Assembly: GCA_951406725.2 (NCBI GenBank)
Contig: OX597819.1
Span: forward strand, 126,418,001-126,482,000
Reading direction: 5' to 3'
Source: Octopus vulgaris
Lineage: Eukaryota
Length of the DNA: 64,000 nucleotides
Below are positions 13,085 through 26,622 of the stretch, one piece after another. The first letter of the stretch is position 1. Each line of letters opens with the position of its first letter. A program made the position numbers and the translations under genes. The notes beneath the pieces are model-generated. The model saw only the letters and a program-made list of their open reading frames with translations. It searched no databases and was not told where the DNA came from.

Positions 13085-13577
13085 GAATAGTATATACAGT
13101 TTGCTATGTTTTAGCTCTATTGGGGGTTTTTTTTCTTCTTATTGTTGCCATTGTAATTATGGTTCTTGTCCGTCGAATTCTTTATCTTTTTTTTCTTTTT
13201 CTTTTCGCTCATGTTTCCCAAGCCAATCTGGTAGACACAAAACGTCAAAAGCTACTTCGAGATTAAGCGTATCGAATGCGGCCATGCTTTTTGCTGGTTT
13301 GAAACCACACTGAGCATTCTGTCAGCTTTTGATTGATTGCTTGTGCAGAGAAGTGTGACAATATGGACAGGTTGCATCTCGTTTTGCAGTCCCGGCTGGC
13401 CTTCTGTGCCTTATGGTGCACCCAGCGTTAAACATGCAATCAAAGAATCGATAAATGGTAGCTAGGTTTACCGTCTAATTGAAGTTTATTCAACAGCTAA
13501 CTTGGTTTTCTTACAGCTTGTCTGCCACAAAATTATCGTAAGTCAGAATATTATTATTAGTTAGAAGTTCTACCGAT

Positions 13578-13740
13578 AGGCGTAAGAGTGGCTGTGTGGT
13601 AAGTAGCTTGCTTACCAACCACCTAGCTCCGGGTTCAGACCCACTGCGTGGCACCTTGGGCAAGTGTCTTCTACTATAGTCTCGGGCCGACCAAAGCCTT
13701 GTGAGTGGATTTGGTAGATGGAAACTGAAAGAAGCCCGTC

Positions 13741-13825
<85 letters not shown>

Positions 13826-14028
13826 TCTGTGTCTGTCTGTTTGTCCCCCAACATCGCTTGACAACCGATGCTGGTGTGTTTACGTCCCCGTAACTTAGCG
13901 GTTCGGCAAAAGAAAACCGATAGAATAAGTACTAGGCTTACAAAGAATAAGTCCTGGTGTCGATTTGTTCGACTAAAGGTGGTGCTCCAGCATGGCCACA
14001 GTCAAATGACTGAAACAAGTAAAAGAGT
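13578..14028 (+). mobile_element. SINE family B, full length
   Basis: TGGCTGTGTGG A box, GGTTCAGACCC B box, CORE-like GGCACCTTGGGCAAGTG, central microsatellite, 3' TGAAACAAGTAAAAGAG. Confidence 0.88.
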
Positions 14029-14965
14029 TCATACATGTCGTCGAATAAAATAAAATATTGGTTATCTATTTTAACTGTACATGATTACCGTCAGAGTCGA
14101 GCCAGAATATGTGTTGTAAAACAAAAACAAAAAGGGAATTATGAGTAATGTGTAGTCGTATTTATAGCGTGTCGTCTAAGTTTTAGTCTTATGAAAATGT
14201 GTTGCTACCTATGAAGTTTTGAAACATTACTGTTTTTTATACAAAGGAAATAATACATTGGATAACATAGCCCAATATGCATTTTTACATGTATATTACT
14301 AATAGAAACTCTAATCCTTTGTTCTCTAATGAAATTGTTGACGTAGATGTACCATACAATAATAAAGTACCAGAAAAATATCGGATACAAAGCTATCTCC
14401 AGATATAAAACCTAACGAAGCCAAACAAGCTGCGAAGGGATTCGAAGATTCCCCTCCCCCCCCCCCCCCCAGTGGCTTAATGAAAGGTGAAAGGGCAGCT
14501 CCTATGACAATTTTAAGAGCCCCATGACTGTTGGGAGGAGAAAAGATGCTTATTTTCAGACGGATGGCCTGCTTCGAATGCTTCCAAGAAGGTATACCCT
14601 ACTGATGAGATCCAAGGGTCATGAGGTGGTTTGAACCGCATGACGGATTAAATCTATCAACCAAGAACAGAAATATTAAATCTTACAGATTTCAACGAAG
14701 TTTTTTTCCATAAAATTTCCATGGTTTATTTGGGCTATGGTAGATGACAGCTGCGCATAGTGACATGTAGTGAAACGAACCCGTAATCATGTAGTTTCGA
14801 ATCGACCATCTTAACTGTAGAGCCATCCCTGAATACATCTTAAAAATTAATAGGAAACTGTAACTAAAGACTGCAATGCATTCCATCCAGCACCTCATCA
14901 TATGCATTATTAATCCAAAATTTAAGAGTGATAATAGCTTATGTATAGTTTTTAAATTTACATAC

Positions 14966-15107
14966 AGGCGCAGGAGTGGCTATGTGGTGAGTAGCTTGCT
15001 TACCAACCACATGGTTCCGGGTTCAATCCCACTGCGTGGAACCTTGGGCAAGTGTCTTCTAATATAGCCTGGATTTGGTAGACGAAAACTGAAAGAAGCC
15101 CGTCGTA

Positions 15108-15158
<51 letters not shown>

Positions 15159-15387
15159 GAAAGAATGGAGTCGAACGACGATTTAACAAAATTCCTTTAT
15201 TCTCGACATATGTCTCGAAGACTGCATATTCCTAATTCCGAAGGAATAAAGGGTGCATTATGCCGCCTTCTCATCAGGAAAGACAAGGAACTTGGCATGT
15301 AGCTTCAACCGTGTTTTCTGACGTGAATTTGCTACCCGGGTATCGGTTAACCGAATTATCCATACTAGGATAATTCATTCAACTACT

Positions 15388-15431
<44 letters not shown>

Positions 15432-15553
15432 TGTGTGTGTGTGTGTGTGTGTGTTGTATGTCTGTGTTTGTCCCCCTTGCATCACTTGACTAAAGGCGGT
15501 GCTCCAGCATGGCCGCAGTCAAATGACTGAAACAAGTAAAAGAGTAAAAGAGA
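14966..15553 (+). mobile_element. SINE family B split by a hammerhead-bearing insertion in its internal (TA)n
   Basis: 5' half at 14966-15110 and 3' half at about 15460-15553 flank a foreign segment (about 15157-15390). Confidence 0.75.
15200..15282 (-). ncRNA. Type I hammerhead motif with a long stem II (GAAA mutated to GAGA)
   Basis: Minus strand TTTC-CTGATGA-GAAG...ATTCC-TTC-GGAAT...CTTC-GAGA-CATATG-TC-GAGAATAAA; same family as 63731-63818. Confidence 0.62.
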
Positions 15554-16096
15554 TACATATGAGAAAACTCTGACTACTGCATCACTTATTATTAAATATA
15601 TATTTATGAAATACATTTAAGGTTATACATTCATGCACACACACACACACACACACACATTCACACACACACACACATACACACACACATTCACACAAAC
15701 ACACGCACACGCGAGTGGAAGAGTGCTTCTGCTCAATATGAGAAGTTGCGTTTATATTTAATGGAAAACAGTCAGTGAGTCTGCTTCATCGCAACTCCGA
15801 GTTTTACACTCACGCACGTGGGATGGTAAGGTACGCGGATGTCGTTCTTTGGAGGATGATACAGAACTGTGAAATCTCGTGGTGAACATAAGTGCGCGTG
15901 TGCGTATACATGTGTGTATATCTTTATGTGTGTGTGTGTGTGTATGAAATAGAAGCAGCACTAGCGTAATCAACATTATCGACCACGCATACCTAACATA
16001 CACGCCCAGCATGATTGCCGGCAGGCTGCGATTTGGTGTGGTAGAGATTGCTCTACATTTCAATTTATTTATCTATCTATCTATGTAGCTAGCTAG

Positions 16097-16130
<34 letters not shown>

Positions 16131-16272
16131 GCACACACACACACAAACACACACAAGCACACACACACACAAACACAAACACATACGCACACATACACAA
16201 ACACACACACACATACACATACACATACACACACACAAGCACACACACACACACACGGACGCACACACACAA

Positions 16273-16315
<43 letters not shown>

Positions 16316-16323
16316 CACATAAT

Positions 16324-16358
<35 letters not shown>

Positions 16359-16364
16359 CACATA

Positions 16365-16401
<37 letters not shown>

Positions 16402-16689
16402 CCGGCTTTGTTGTTCACAGAGTGCCTTGCATTATTTAGATCCATTTCCATCATGAGTTAAAATTCTTCTTCGCTTTTCCTCCTCCGTCGATGAAGCGAA
16501 GTATCAATGAAATATTTAGGGTCAATAATATCGATTAAACTCCTCCAATAAAATTTGAGGCAGAATGCCACCGTTAGAAGTCAGTGTTAATCAAAAAACC
16601 TGTGTCTAGGTTAACGAATCGTTATCGGAAAACAAGTTGATTTAATCGTGGTTCGACTCTCAGCTGACGCATGCACTCAGTAATATACA

Positions 16690-17203
16690 CACACACACAC
16701 ACACATTCACACAAATACACACACACATATATATATGCACATGTATACATACATACACAGGACACACACGCACATACATAAGTGCGCGCGCACACACAAC
16801 CACACACATACATATACACACACACACACACGCACACACACACATGTATATATGCACATATATACATACACACACAGGACACACATGCACATACGTATGT
16901 GCGCGCGCACACACAACCGCACACATACACATACATACACATACATACACACATGCACACACACACACATATATGGACATATATACATACACATACAGGA
17001 CACACACGCACATACATACACACACACACACAACCACACATATACACATACACACGCACACACACACACAACCACACATATACACATACACACGCACACA
17101 CACATATATGCACATATATACATACACACACAGGACACACGCACATACGTACGTGCGTGCGCATACACAACCACACAGCCACACACACACACAACACACA
17201 CAC

Positions 17204-17248
<45 letters not shown>

Positions 17249-17256
17249 CCGCACAA

Positions 17257-17288
<32 letters not shown>

Positions 17289-17430
17289 CCGCACAAACAC
17301 ACAACCACACACACACACACACACAACACACACACACACACACAACACACAAACACACACACACACACACACACAACCACACACACACACACACACACGT
17401 ACACACACACACACACATACATATATATAA
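16690..17430 (+). repeat. Cryptic CA-rich minisatellite; related block at 18890-19180
   Basis: Recurring CAGGACACAC..GCACATAC and CACAACC(A/G)CAC units. Confidence 0.75.
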
Positions 17431-17903
17431 CAGAGAGACGGAGTTGTTCTTTAGGAAGACGAGCTACAAGTGAATATATTTTCATAACTGCAAATAGACA
17501 TGTCGTCCGTTTCCAAATATGGCATGCCGCCGTGCACTCGATAAACCCCGACTCTGTATTTTTATTAGCCACACACTTGTATTTTAGTTGCAATACATTC
17601 ATCTCTCTGCTCTCTTGTTCACAGCGTGACACCGTTACACACATATAGCCGTGTATTGCACTGCAAAACCCCTGCCAATTTAAACTGATGTATTTGTCAT
17701 TGAGATAAAAACACATCATCAAACTGCAACACAGATGGCACCCTCGGTCAAACTCAACCTAATTTAAACTAGCTTGGTCTAGCCCAGTCCTTCTCTCTCT
17801 CTCTCTCTCTACGCTCCCACCACTCGCTTTCACAATGAAATATTCATAAGCAGCTTTAACATTTCTAAACTTAATTAGCCATGAACGGACAGCTATTTTT
17901 ATG

Positions 17904-17942
<39 letters not shown>

Positions 17943-18059
17943 ATAGTCGTAGTAGTAGTAGTTGTTGTTGTTGTAGTAAAATTTTTAAAAAAGTAATGTT
18001 AATAATAATGATGATGATGATGATAATGGTTGTATAAAACTGTTATCATCATCACCATA

Positions 18060-18063
18060 TTAA

Positions 18064-18142
<79 letters not shown>

Positions 18143-18186
18143 AATTATTATTTTTATTGTTATTATTATTATTATTATCATTATTA

Positions 18187-18225
<39 letters not shown>

Positions 18226-18271
18226 GTTATTATTATTATTACTATTATTATTATTATTATTATTATTACTA

Positions 18272-18302
<31 letters not shown>

Positions 18303-18395
18303 TATTATTTTTATTGTTATTATTATTATTATTATCATTATTAATTATTATTGTTGTTATTATTATTATTATTATTATTATTAGTTTTATTATTA

Positions 18396-18427
<32 letters not shown>

Positions 18428-18445
18428 GTTGTTGTTGTTATTATT
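18060..18445. repeat. (TAT)n microsatellite
   Basis: Directly visible. Confidence 0.97.
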
Positions 18446-18921
18446 AGAGAAAAGAGAAACTGAAAGATGGAGAATGAAAGATGGAGAGAATGAAAGGTGT
18501 CTAAAGCAAGAAAAAAAATATATCAAACTCCAACTAAAACATACCCTTCATTAATTTTAATTGTAGCCTCAAGAGCTACATTTTAATTAATTGCCTATCT
18601 TCTTATAAAACAAGAACAAAACAAGAAAAATAACAAAGGAAGAAAAAAATTCAACTTCACTATTTTTCAATTATGCTTTTGAAATTTTCATTTTATACCG
18701 ATTCTAAAAGCTAACCTTTCCTATGTCTTTGCTGGTACTTCAATTTATGGAATATATATCAATGAAATTTACTTTAATATATTGGCTTTTTATCCTGTTT
18801 TTATTTTGTTTTGTTGAATTCTTCATTATGAAATTAAAGGAGTTTTAGAGTTTCGTTGTCGGAATCCAATCATAGACATAGCGCCCGACACATACTCACA
18901 CACAAATACACAAATACACAT

Positions 18922-18961
<40 letters not shown>

Positions 18962-19293
18962 GCACATGTATACATTCACACACAGGACACACACGCACAT
19001 ACATACGTGCGGACGCACACACAACCACACAAAACCACACACATACACATACACACGCACACACACACACACATATATACACACACAGGACACACACGCA
19101 CATACATACGTGAGGACGTACACACAAACACACACAACCACACATATACACATACACACACATACACACACGCGCGCACACGCAGAGCCAATTCAAATAA
19201 GCAATCAATTAAAAAATGAATAATAAAGTTAATGGACAACAAGAAGACGAGCACAAGGACTGCATTAACTTGACGCTCGGTAAAAAGAGAGAG

Positions 19294-19326
19294 TTTGACG
19301 TTTCGAGCATCGCTCTTCGTCGGAAA
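19294..19326 (-). ncRNA. Minimal hammerhead-like motif in a diverged P-type element
   Basis: Minus strand TTT-CCGACGA-A-GAGC-GAT-GCTC-GAA-ACGT-C-AAA, with a GUC cleavage triplet. Confidence 0.6.
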
Positions 19327-19459
19327 GAAGAAAGGGAAAAACCCAAAGCAGAAATGCGTGTGTGTACACACATGAAGAGAGGAAGAGAGGTATAGAGAGG
19401 AAGAGAGAGTGGGAGTAATAAATAGACAGATAGACAAAAAGAGACAGATATTCAAACAG

Positions 19460-19563
<104 letters not shown>

Positions 19564-19616
19564 GAGGAATGAGATGTGACCGCAGTTAAATGACTGAAAC
19601 AAGTAAAAGATAAGAG

Positions 19617-19652
<36 letters not shown>

Positions 19653-19878
19653 ATATGTCTATATATATTTACATATCTATATGATGGGCCGTGGGTATAT
19701 TTGATAAATCACTGGTTACCGAGAATCGACTCTATTCTTGCAATCCACAAGGCAAGAGAACCGCGTATTTCAGGAGCCAAATAAACACCCTGTAAAAATA
19801 CGTCCATTTTCTTCTCTATTTCTTTACGTGTCTGAGGATTTCTGTTGTTGAAGTATAAAAACTACTGGTCACTATGTA

Positions 19879-19968
<90 letters not shown>

Positions 19969-20013
19969 GCTAGCTAGCTAGCTAGCTAGCTAGCTAGCTA
20001 GGTAGCTATCTAT

Positions 20014-20330
20014 ATATATCACAGTGATCACCATGACCGACCAGGCTATCAGATATTGCTACACATCGCTGGTCACAATGCGCTTCGCATTGTTTTAGCC
20101 TTCAAATAACGTCACCCCGCTGGCTAAGCGAGCAGGCCAACAGAAGAAAGAGTGAGAGAAAGTTGTGGCGAAAGAGTACAGCAGGGATCGCCACCCACCC
20201 CCTGCCGGAGCCTCGTGGAGTTTTAAGTGTTTTTCACTCAATAAACACTCACAACGCCCGGTCTGGGAATCGAAACCACGATCCTACAACCGCGAGTCCA
20301 CTGCTCTAACCACTGGGCCATTGTGCCTCC
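20014..20330 (-). mobile_element. SINE family C, tail type 2
   Basis: Same head/body with a different tail (CCTGCTCGCTTAGCCAGCGGGG...GTGATATA); flanked by AGCTATCTAT in a (TATC)n tract. A solo tail lies at 46802-46922 (+). Confidence 0.85.
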
Positions 20331-20332
20331 AG

Positions 20333-20404
<72 letters not shown>

Positions 20405-20920
20405 ATATATATATATACATATATATAGATATATATATATATATACATATACATATACATATATATATATATATATTGAAAATCATCTGAGGAAAATGGA
20501 AACTCGAAGTTATGTAGAAGGGAAAGTGTAGCTTTACATAAATTACTATATAAAATACGATTAATTTTTCCCTCTTTTATTAGTTGTATGTCCAAACACA
20601 CAAACATGCACATACATACACGTACGTATATATGTTGCATATAATCACACACACATACACGTATATCCATAATTTTTTTTATTATGTTAGCGATCTGTTC
20701 TCGATGAAATATTGCTTTCTCTACAAAAACAAACTTCCCAGATGTATATCGTTTATATGAGTACATCGACAGTATCCGTCGTTCAACACACTTTCAAATG
20801 GATCTTTTTCCTTGTAAGCTATTTTCAGAATTCATTATGGAATTAGAGATATTTTAGGAACCGAAATAATGGTACGTCCGTTGTTTGTATATTTTTGTAT
20901 AGACGCGTCTCCATTGTTGA

Positions 20921-20992
<72 letters not shown>

Positions 20993-21251
20993 TAGTTTGT
21001 ATTCATCGGAGGAACAAAGGGTCCAGTGATTTCTTTCCGAAAGAATATGTTAGGTTAAGAGAATCATGTGAATTTATCTGTTATAAGATTTATGCTAGGT
21101 TTTATTAGAGAAATCAGAATAATAATATATATGTAAATAAAATGCACACGCACGCAAACCCACCCAGACACACACACACAGAGGCACACACAAACACACA
21201 ACATACGCATACGCACAACTCACATATAATGTAATATAATCTATAATATAT

Positions 21252-21444
21252 AGGGAGAGTTTACGAAAAAAAACAGAAGACGAAGACAGGTGGTGTACAA
21301 AACAAACAGATGTATTAGTTTAACGCTCAGGAATAGAAAAAGTCTTTTACGTTTCGAGCCTACGCTCTTCTACAGAAAGGAACACAGAAAAAAAAAACAA
21401 GGAGAGAAAAAAATGTGTGTAGTGGCTAACGATCTATCATGGCG
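21252..21444 (-). mobile_element. Family P1 element with a hammerhead-like motif at 21344-21379
   Basis: Minus strand CTTT-CTGTAGA-A-GAGC-GTAG-GCTC-GAA-ACGT-A-AAAG. Confidence 0.72.
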
Positions 21445-21630
21445 ATTATAATATATACTCATACATATGTATATACGTATCCGTATCTAGCTATTTTCCT
21501 GTGTCATTCTCCTTCTCTGCGTGTGTATACATTTATATCCGAGTTAAATTTGATACTTTACATCACAAGTAAAAAAAGAACATAATATCACATCCAAAAA
21601 CAAAATTGTTTAAAAAAATCTAGATATAAT

Positions 21631-22100
21631 CTAGATTATTACAGTTTTCACAAAGCTGTTGTGTTCAGCTTTCACTACGGCCTCAAGGGGCTCCGGAACT
21701 TGGCACATGCATTCTTCTAACACCTCCTTGATCTTGGCCATCAGCTCTGCCTTGGTGTTGCCGGCAGAGCGGTTGGTGTCTTTCCCAACCATGTTCCACA
21801 CATAGTAATCCATGGGATTACAACCGGGAGAACTAGGAAGCCAGAAATTCGAGCTGGTATGATCGTAGAAATTCTTCGACAACTACCCCTGGCTCTTTCG
21901 GGCAGTATGGCAAGGAACCGAATCCTGGAGCTACACACATGGCCTTCCAGCAGCAACCATTGCCACAGTTTCCAGCAGCCTCACACAGCCGTCTGAATTC
22001 AGCCTAAGGCTCTGTTCAAAGATGTGGATCAGCATGATGCCACCCTCACCGGTAACACATCCAAAGACCATCAAAGTTTGGGGTAACTTGGTTTTCATGG
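21631..22100 (-). mobile_element. Decayed Tc1/mariner transposase, DD37D (maT-type) catalytic domain
   Basis: Minus strand reads MKTKLPQTLMVFGCVTGEGGIMLIHIFEQSLRLNSDG...AGRPCV*LQDSVPCHTARKSQG*LSKNFYDHTSSNFWLPSSPGCNPMDYYVW. There are 37 residues between the QD and NPMD aspartates, and two TAG stops where Trp is expected. Confidence 0.88.
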
Positions 22101-22499
22101 TACATGGGTTTTCTTGGTAGAACCTTTACAGTGTTCACAGAGCATTAAGCAGCAGTCATGATGTTGACATTTTGAAATCTGGTGCGAATCTTCATAATAC
22201 AGGTAACTTCTTTATCAATATTCAGTTAGCTTCCAGTCATCCATGTCTGCGAACAATTAATTGTTCACCTAAGAAAGGAGAAATAAAGGAATCGTCAAAT
22301 TCAGCCCGAACACTCTGTCTCTCTATGTGTGTGTGTGTATGTGTGTGTGTGTGTGTGTGTATGTGTGTGTGTGTTTGTACATATATACACATAGAGAGAG
22401 AGAGAGAGAGAGAGAGTGTGTGTGTGTCTGTCTAAATTCCATCTTCCTATCCCTTTCTCACTCTTTCTTTCGCTCTTTCTCTATGTTTCTCATATATAT

Positions 22500-22671
22500 T
22501 TCTCTCCTTGTTTCTCTCCGTGTTTCTTTTCTGTGTATCTTTCTGTTGAAGAGCGTAGGCTCGAAACGTAAAAGACTTGTTTTATTTATATTCCTGAGCG
22601 CCACACTAATACAATTGTTTCTTTGTACTCCACCTGCCTTCGTCTTTTGTTTATTTTCATAAAGCTTCCCT
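22500..22671 (+). mobile_element. Family P1 element with a hammerhead-like motif at 22538-22575
   Basis: TCTTT-CTGTTGA-A-GAGC-GTAG-GCTC-GAA-ACGT-A-AAAGA; 3' end runs into (TA)n. Confidence 0.72.
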
Positions 22672-23291
22672 TATATATATATATATATAGATGCATATAC
22701 ATACATACATACGTACATACATACATACATACATACATACATACATACATACATGCATACATACATACATACATACGCATGTATGTATATGTATGTATGT
22801 GTGTATGTATGTATATATGGTGGTCTTCCACACAATCTCCGTTCATCAAATTTATTTAAGAAGCACTGCACGACTAAGTGCTTATAGTAAAAGACATCCA
22901 AGTTATCGAGTGATTTTCCGATTTTCTAAATAGCCGAGGTTGCTCCTGCATGTAAAAATATCTCTAGATATTTTTTTCCCTTCTTTGGATTCGTCATATG
23001 CTCATATGACGAATCTGTAATTCCCCAAAAAGTTGTTAGCTGCAAAATACGAGTAAAAGCAGTACGATATGTATATATAAAAAATCTTTAAACATTACGT
23101 CACTGAGATTATAGGAGCAGAAACTTCGTGTAGCGACTCGCATAGGTTTAGTTTCGAATAAGTGCGTGTGTGTGCGCGCCTGTTTGTGCGTGAGAGAGAG
23201 AGAGAGAGAGAGTGTGTGTGTGTGTGTGTGTGTGTACGTGTGTGCGCGCGTGCGAGTGTATGTAGCAAACAAAATACCTTAGGGAAGAGAT

Positions 23292-23901
23292 TATATTTCT
23301 TTACTACCCACAAGGGGCTAAACACAGAGGAGACAAACAAGACAGACAAACGAATTAAGTCGATTACATCGACCCCAGTGCGTAACTGGTACTTAATTTA
23401 TCGACCCCGAAAGGATAAAAGGCAAAGTCGACCTCGGCGGAATTTGAACCCAGAACGTAACGGCAGACAAAATACCGCTGAGCATTTCGCCCGAGATAAT
23501 CAAAAGAATCAGAAATAAAGAAATACGCGTGCGCGTGACCTAAAGGACAGTCAGGAATAGCTACAGCTTCGATAAAAGAAATCAACATACGTGTGTGTAT
23601 ACATAGATATACATGTGTGCGCACTCGTATTTGTGTCTGTGTATGAGCGTGTGTGTTTCATGCATGTATATATATTTCTTTACTACCCACAAGGGGCTAA
23701 ACACAGAAGGGACAAACAAGGACAGACAAAGGGTTTAAGTCGATTACATCTACCCCAGTGCTTAACTGGTACTTAATTTATCGACCCTGTTAGGATGAAA
23801 GGCAAAGTCAACCTCGGCGGAATTTGAACTCGGAACGTAACGACAGACGAAATACGACTACGCATTTCGCCCGGCGTGCTAACGTTTCTACCAGCTCGCC
23901 G
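23292..23901 (-). mobile_element. Two SINE family A copies (23292-23492, 5'-truncated; 23673-23901)
   Basis: Reverse-complement matches to family A. Confidence 0.85.
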
Positions 23902-24337
23902 GTATATAATGTCTGTATATAATCTCGGAAAATGTCTTCAGTCAGTCAATACAAACAATAATATAATAATGAAGAAGTCCGTCATTGGTGGGGCGATCTG
24001 TGATTTCATTTGTTTTTTGATTCGTTCGTTGTCTTAAACACTTGCTACCGAATGTCTGGTTGGCTGACTGACTATTTACTGTGTGGTTGTCTGTCAGGCT
24101 GCCTGCTCGTCTGACTGTCATGCTGGCTGTCTGTCTGTCTGGCCGTTTGCAAGCTTAAAGTTTAGTCTCGCCCATTTCTCTCTAGAGACGCCATTGTAAA
24201 CGCTGTTTGCCAACGGCGATTTCCACCGAGAATAAATTTATAAAATAAAATTGTCTTATATTTGGTGGGAGAAAGCCGTTGGCAAATATCAATAGTTATC
24301 CCGAGACAACGAGAAATCCCTCTATACATTGTACAAT

Positions 24338-24744
24338 AGGCGCAGGAGTGGCTGTGTGGTAAGTAGCTTGCTAACTAACCACATGGTTCCGGGTTCAGTC
24401 CCACTGCGTGGCATCTTGGGCAAGTGTCTCTGCTATAGCCTCGGGCCGACCAATGCCTTGCGAGTGGATTTGGTAGACGGAAATTGAAAGAAGCCTATCG
24501 TATATATGTATATATATGTATGTGTGTGTATATGTTTGTGTATCTGTGTTTGTCCCGCTAGCATTGCTTGACAACCGATGCTGGTGTGTTTACGTCCCCG
24601 TCACTTAGCGGTTCGGCGAAAGAGACCGATAGAATAAGTACTGGGCTTACAAAGAATAAGTCACGGGGTCGATTTGCTCGACTAAAGGCGGTGCTCCAGC
24701 ATGGCCGCAGTCAAATGACTGAAACAAGTAAAAGAGTAAAAGAG
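24338..24744 (+). mobile_element. SINE family B, full length
   Basis: Matches family B. Decayed or partial copies also at about 12474, 25240 (-), 25670, 33037, 38449, 41820, 60143 and 61220. Confidence 0.88.
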
Positions 24745-26224
24745 AATGATTTTTATTAGACACACCATAGAAAGACAGAATCGACTAAACAGGACAAGAG
24801 GGTACACGTGGGATGGAGAGTCGCTGAAAAGATCAGACGATGTGCGATAAAAAAATTTCCAGACAATGGACATAAAATAAGAACAATAATAAGCAAGCGA
24901 AGAACGAATAAACAGTGCGTGTGTTTATTTGGAATGAAAAAAAAATCACCGTCCCGAAATATAACAATAGATTTTATTACTGTTCAGCTTCAACAACAAC
25001 AAGGATGACGATTGCAACAATAACAATATCTAGTAGATAAATATATAAGCCGAACGAAGAGAGGGGAAGAACCTTTCTCTAACGCAATTAACTCACTGGC
25101 TTCGATTCAATTTATCATTATGCCATACTAATAAATATTGTTTTTTGTCAACCGAAAAGGCATTAATATAAGTGAGGTGGGGGTGGGGAAGACTAGATAA
25201 TGTAGAACTCGACACAATATCTTTTATCATGTATCTTTTATCTGCTTTTCAGTCATTAGACTGCGGCCACTCTTTGAAGAACTTTTAGGTTAAATGAATC
25301 GACCCCACTACTTATTCTTTTTAGAGCCTGGTACTTATTTTATCGGTCTTTTTTGCTGAACTGCTAATTGTTACGGTGACGTAAACACACCAACAATGGT
25401 TATCAAGCGGTTGTTGGGACAAGACAGCCCCCCCCCACACACACATATTTGTACGACGAGCTTCTTTTAGTTTCCGCCTTTCAGATCCACCCACAAAGCA
25501 TTAATCGGCCCGAGGCTATAGCAGAAAACACCTGACCAAGGTGTCACGCAGTGGGACATACATCAGAACATACATCCTTCGGAGTCGATTAAATAAGTAC
25601 CAGTTGAGCACTAGGGTCGATGTAATCGACTAGCTCCCTCCCGCCAAATCTCAGGCCTCGTGTCTATAGAAGCTGTGTAGTAAAAACATTGGTTCCCAAC
25701 CACATGATTCCAGGTTCAGTCTCACTGCGTGACATCTTGGGCAAGTGCTTTCTATTATAACCCCGGTCCGACAAAATTCTTGTGAGTGGATTTGGTAGAC
25801 AGAAACTGAAAGAAGCCCGTCGTATATATTTATGTCTGTGTGTGAGTGTGTGTACTTATTTCTGTAGCCTTGATTTAATCTTAAGTAGAGTGAAGCTGTG
25901 CCGAAATCCGTCGAATGGACTGCACATGAAATTTGAAAGGTCTAGCCATGTCACATACTGTATCTCGCTGATCCTGCTTAAGGATTACGTCGAGAGTACA
26001 AATGTCTGTGGAGTACTCAATCACTTACAAGCTTTATCAATGAGTTGATCGAACAGCAAATTACATTTCCTTGAAACAAATGAAGATCGTGTTCTTCTTT
26101 ACTTTTTTTTTTATTACCTCTTTTGCAGAAATATACTTACATCGTTGAAATACACTTCTCTCCGCCGCCACTCGCTCTCCATCTCTTTCATCCTTTCCTT
26201 TTACCCCACCTAACTTTATTCATA

Positions 26225-26622
26225 CCTATTTCTGTTTCTTTATTACCCACAAGGGGCTAAACATAGAGAGGACAAACAAGGACAGACATAGGTATTAAGT
26301 CGATTACATCGACCCCCAGTGTGTAACTGGTACTTATTTAATCGACCCCGAAAGGATGAAAAGTAAACTCAACCTCGGCGGAATTTGAACTCAGAACGTA
26401 GCGGCAGACGATATACTTATTTCTTTACTACCCACAAGGGACTAAACACAGAGAGGACAAACAAAGACAGACATAGGTATTAAGTCGAATACATCGACCC
26501 CAGTGCGAAACTGGTACTTAATTTATCGACCCCGAAAGGATGAAAAGCAAAGTCGACCTCGGCGGAATTTGAACTCAGAACGTAACGGCAGACGAAATAC
26601 CGCAAAGCATTTCACCCGCCTT
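26225..26622 (-). mobile_element. SINE family A head-to-tail dimer
   Basis: Two units flanked by one TSD, TAACTTTATTC(A/G)TACC, at 26211-26226 and 26622-26637. Confidence 0.85.

Noticed and set aside
13200-13252. CTTTT...ACGT-C-AAAAG three-stem fold
   Set aside because: Both conserved core strands are missing, so it is too degenerate to call.
16089-17722. Long ORFs (up to 366 aa) rich in VC/HT/YI dipeptides, here and throughout the window
   Set aside because: Translations of (CA)n, (TA)n and (TATC)n microsatellites, open in several frames on both strands.
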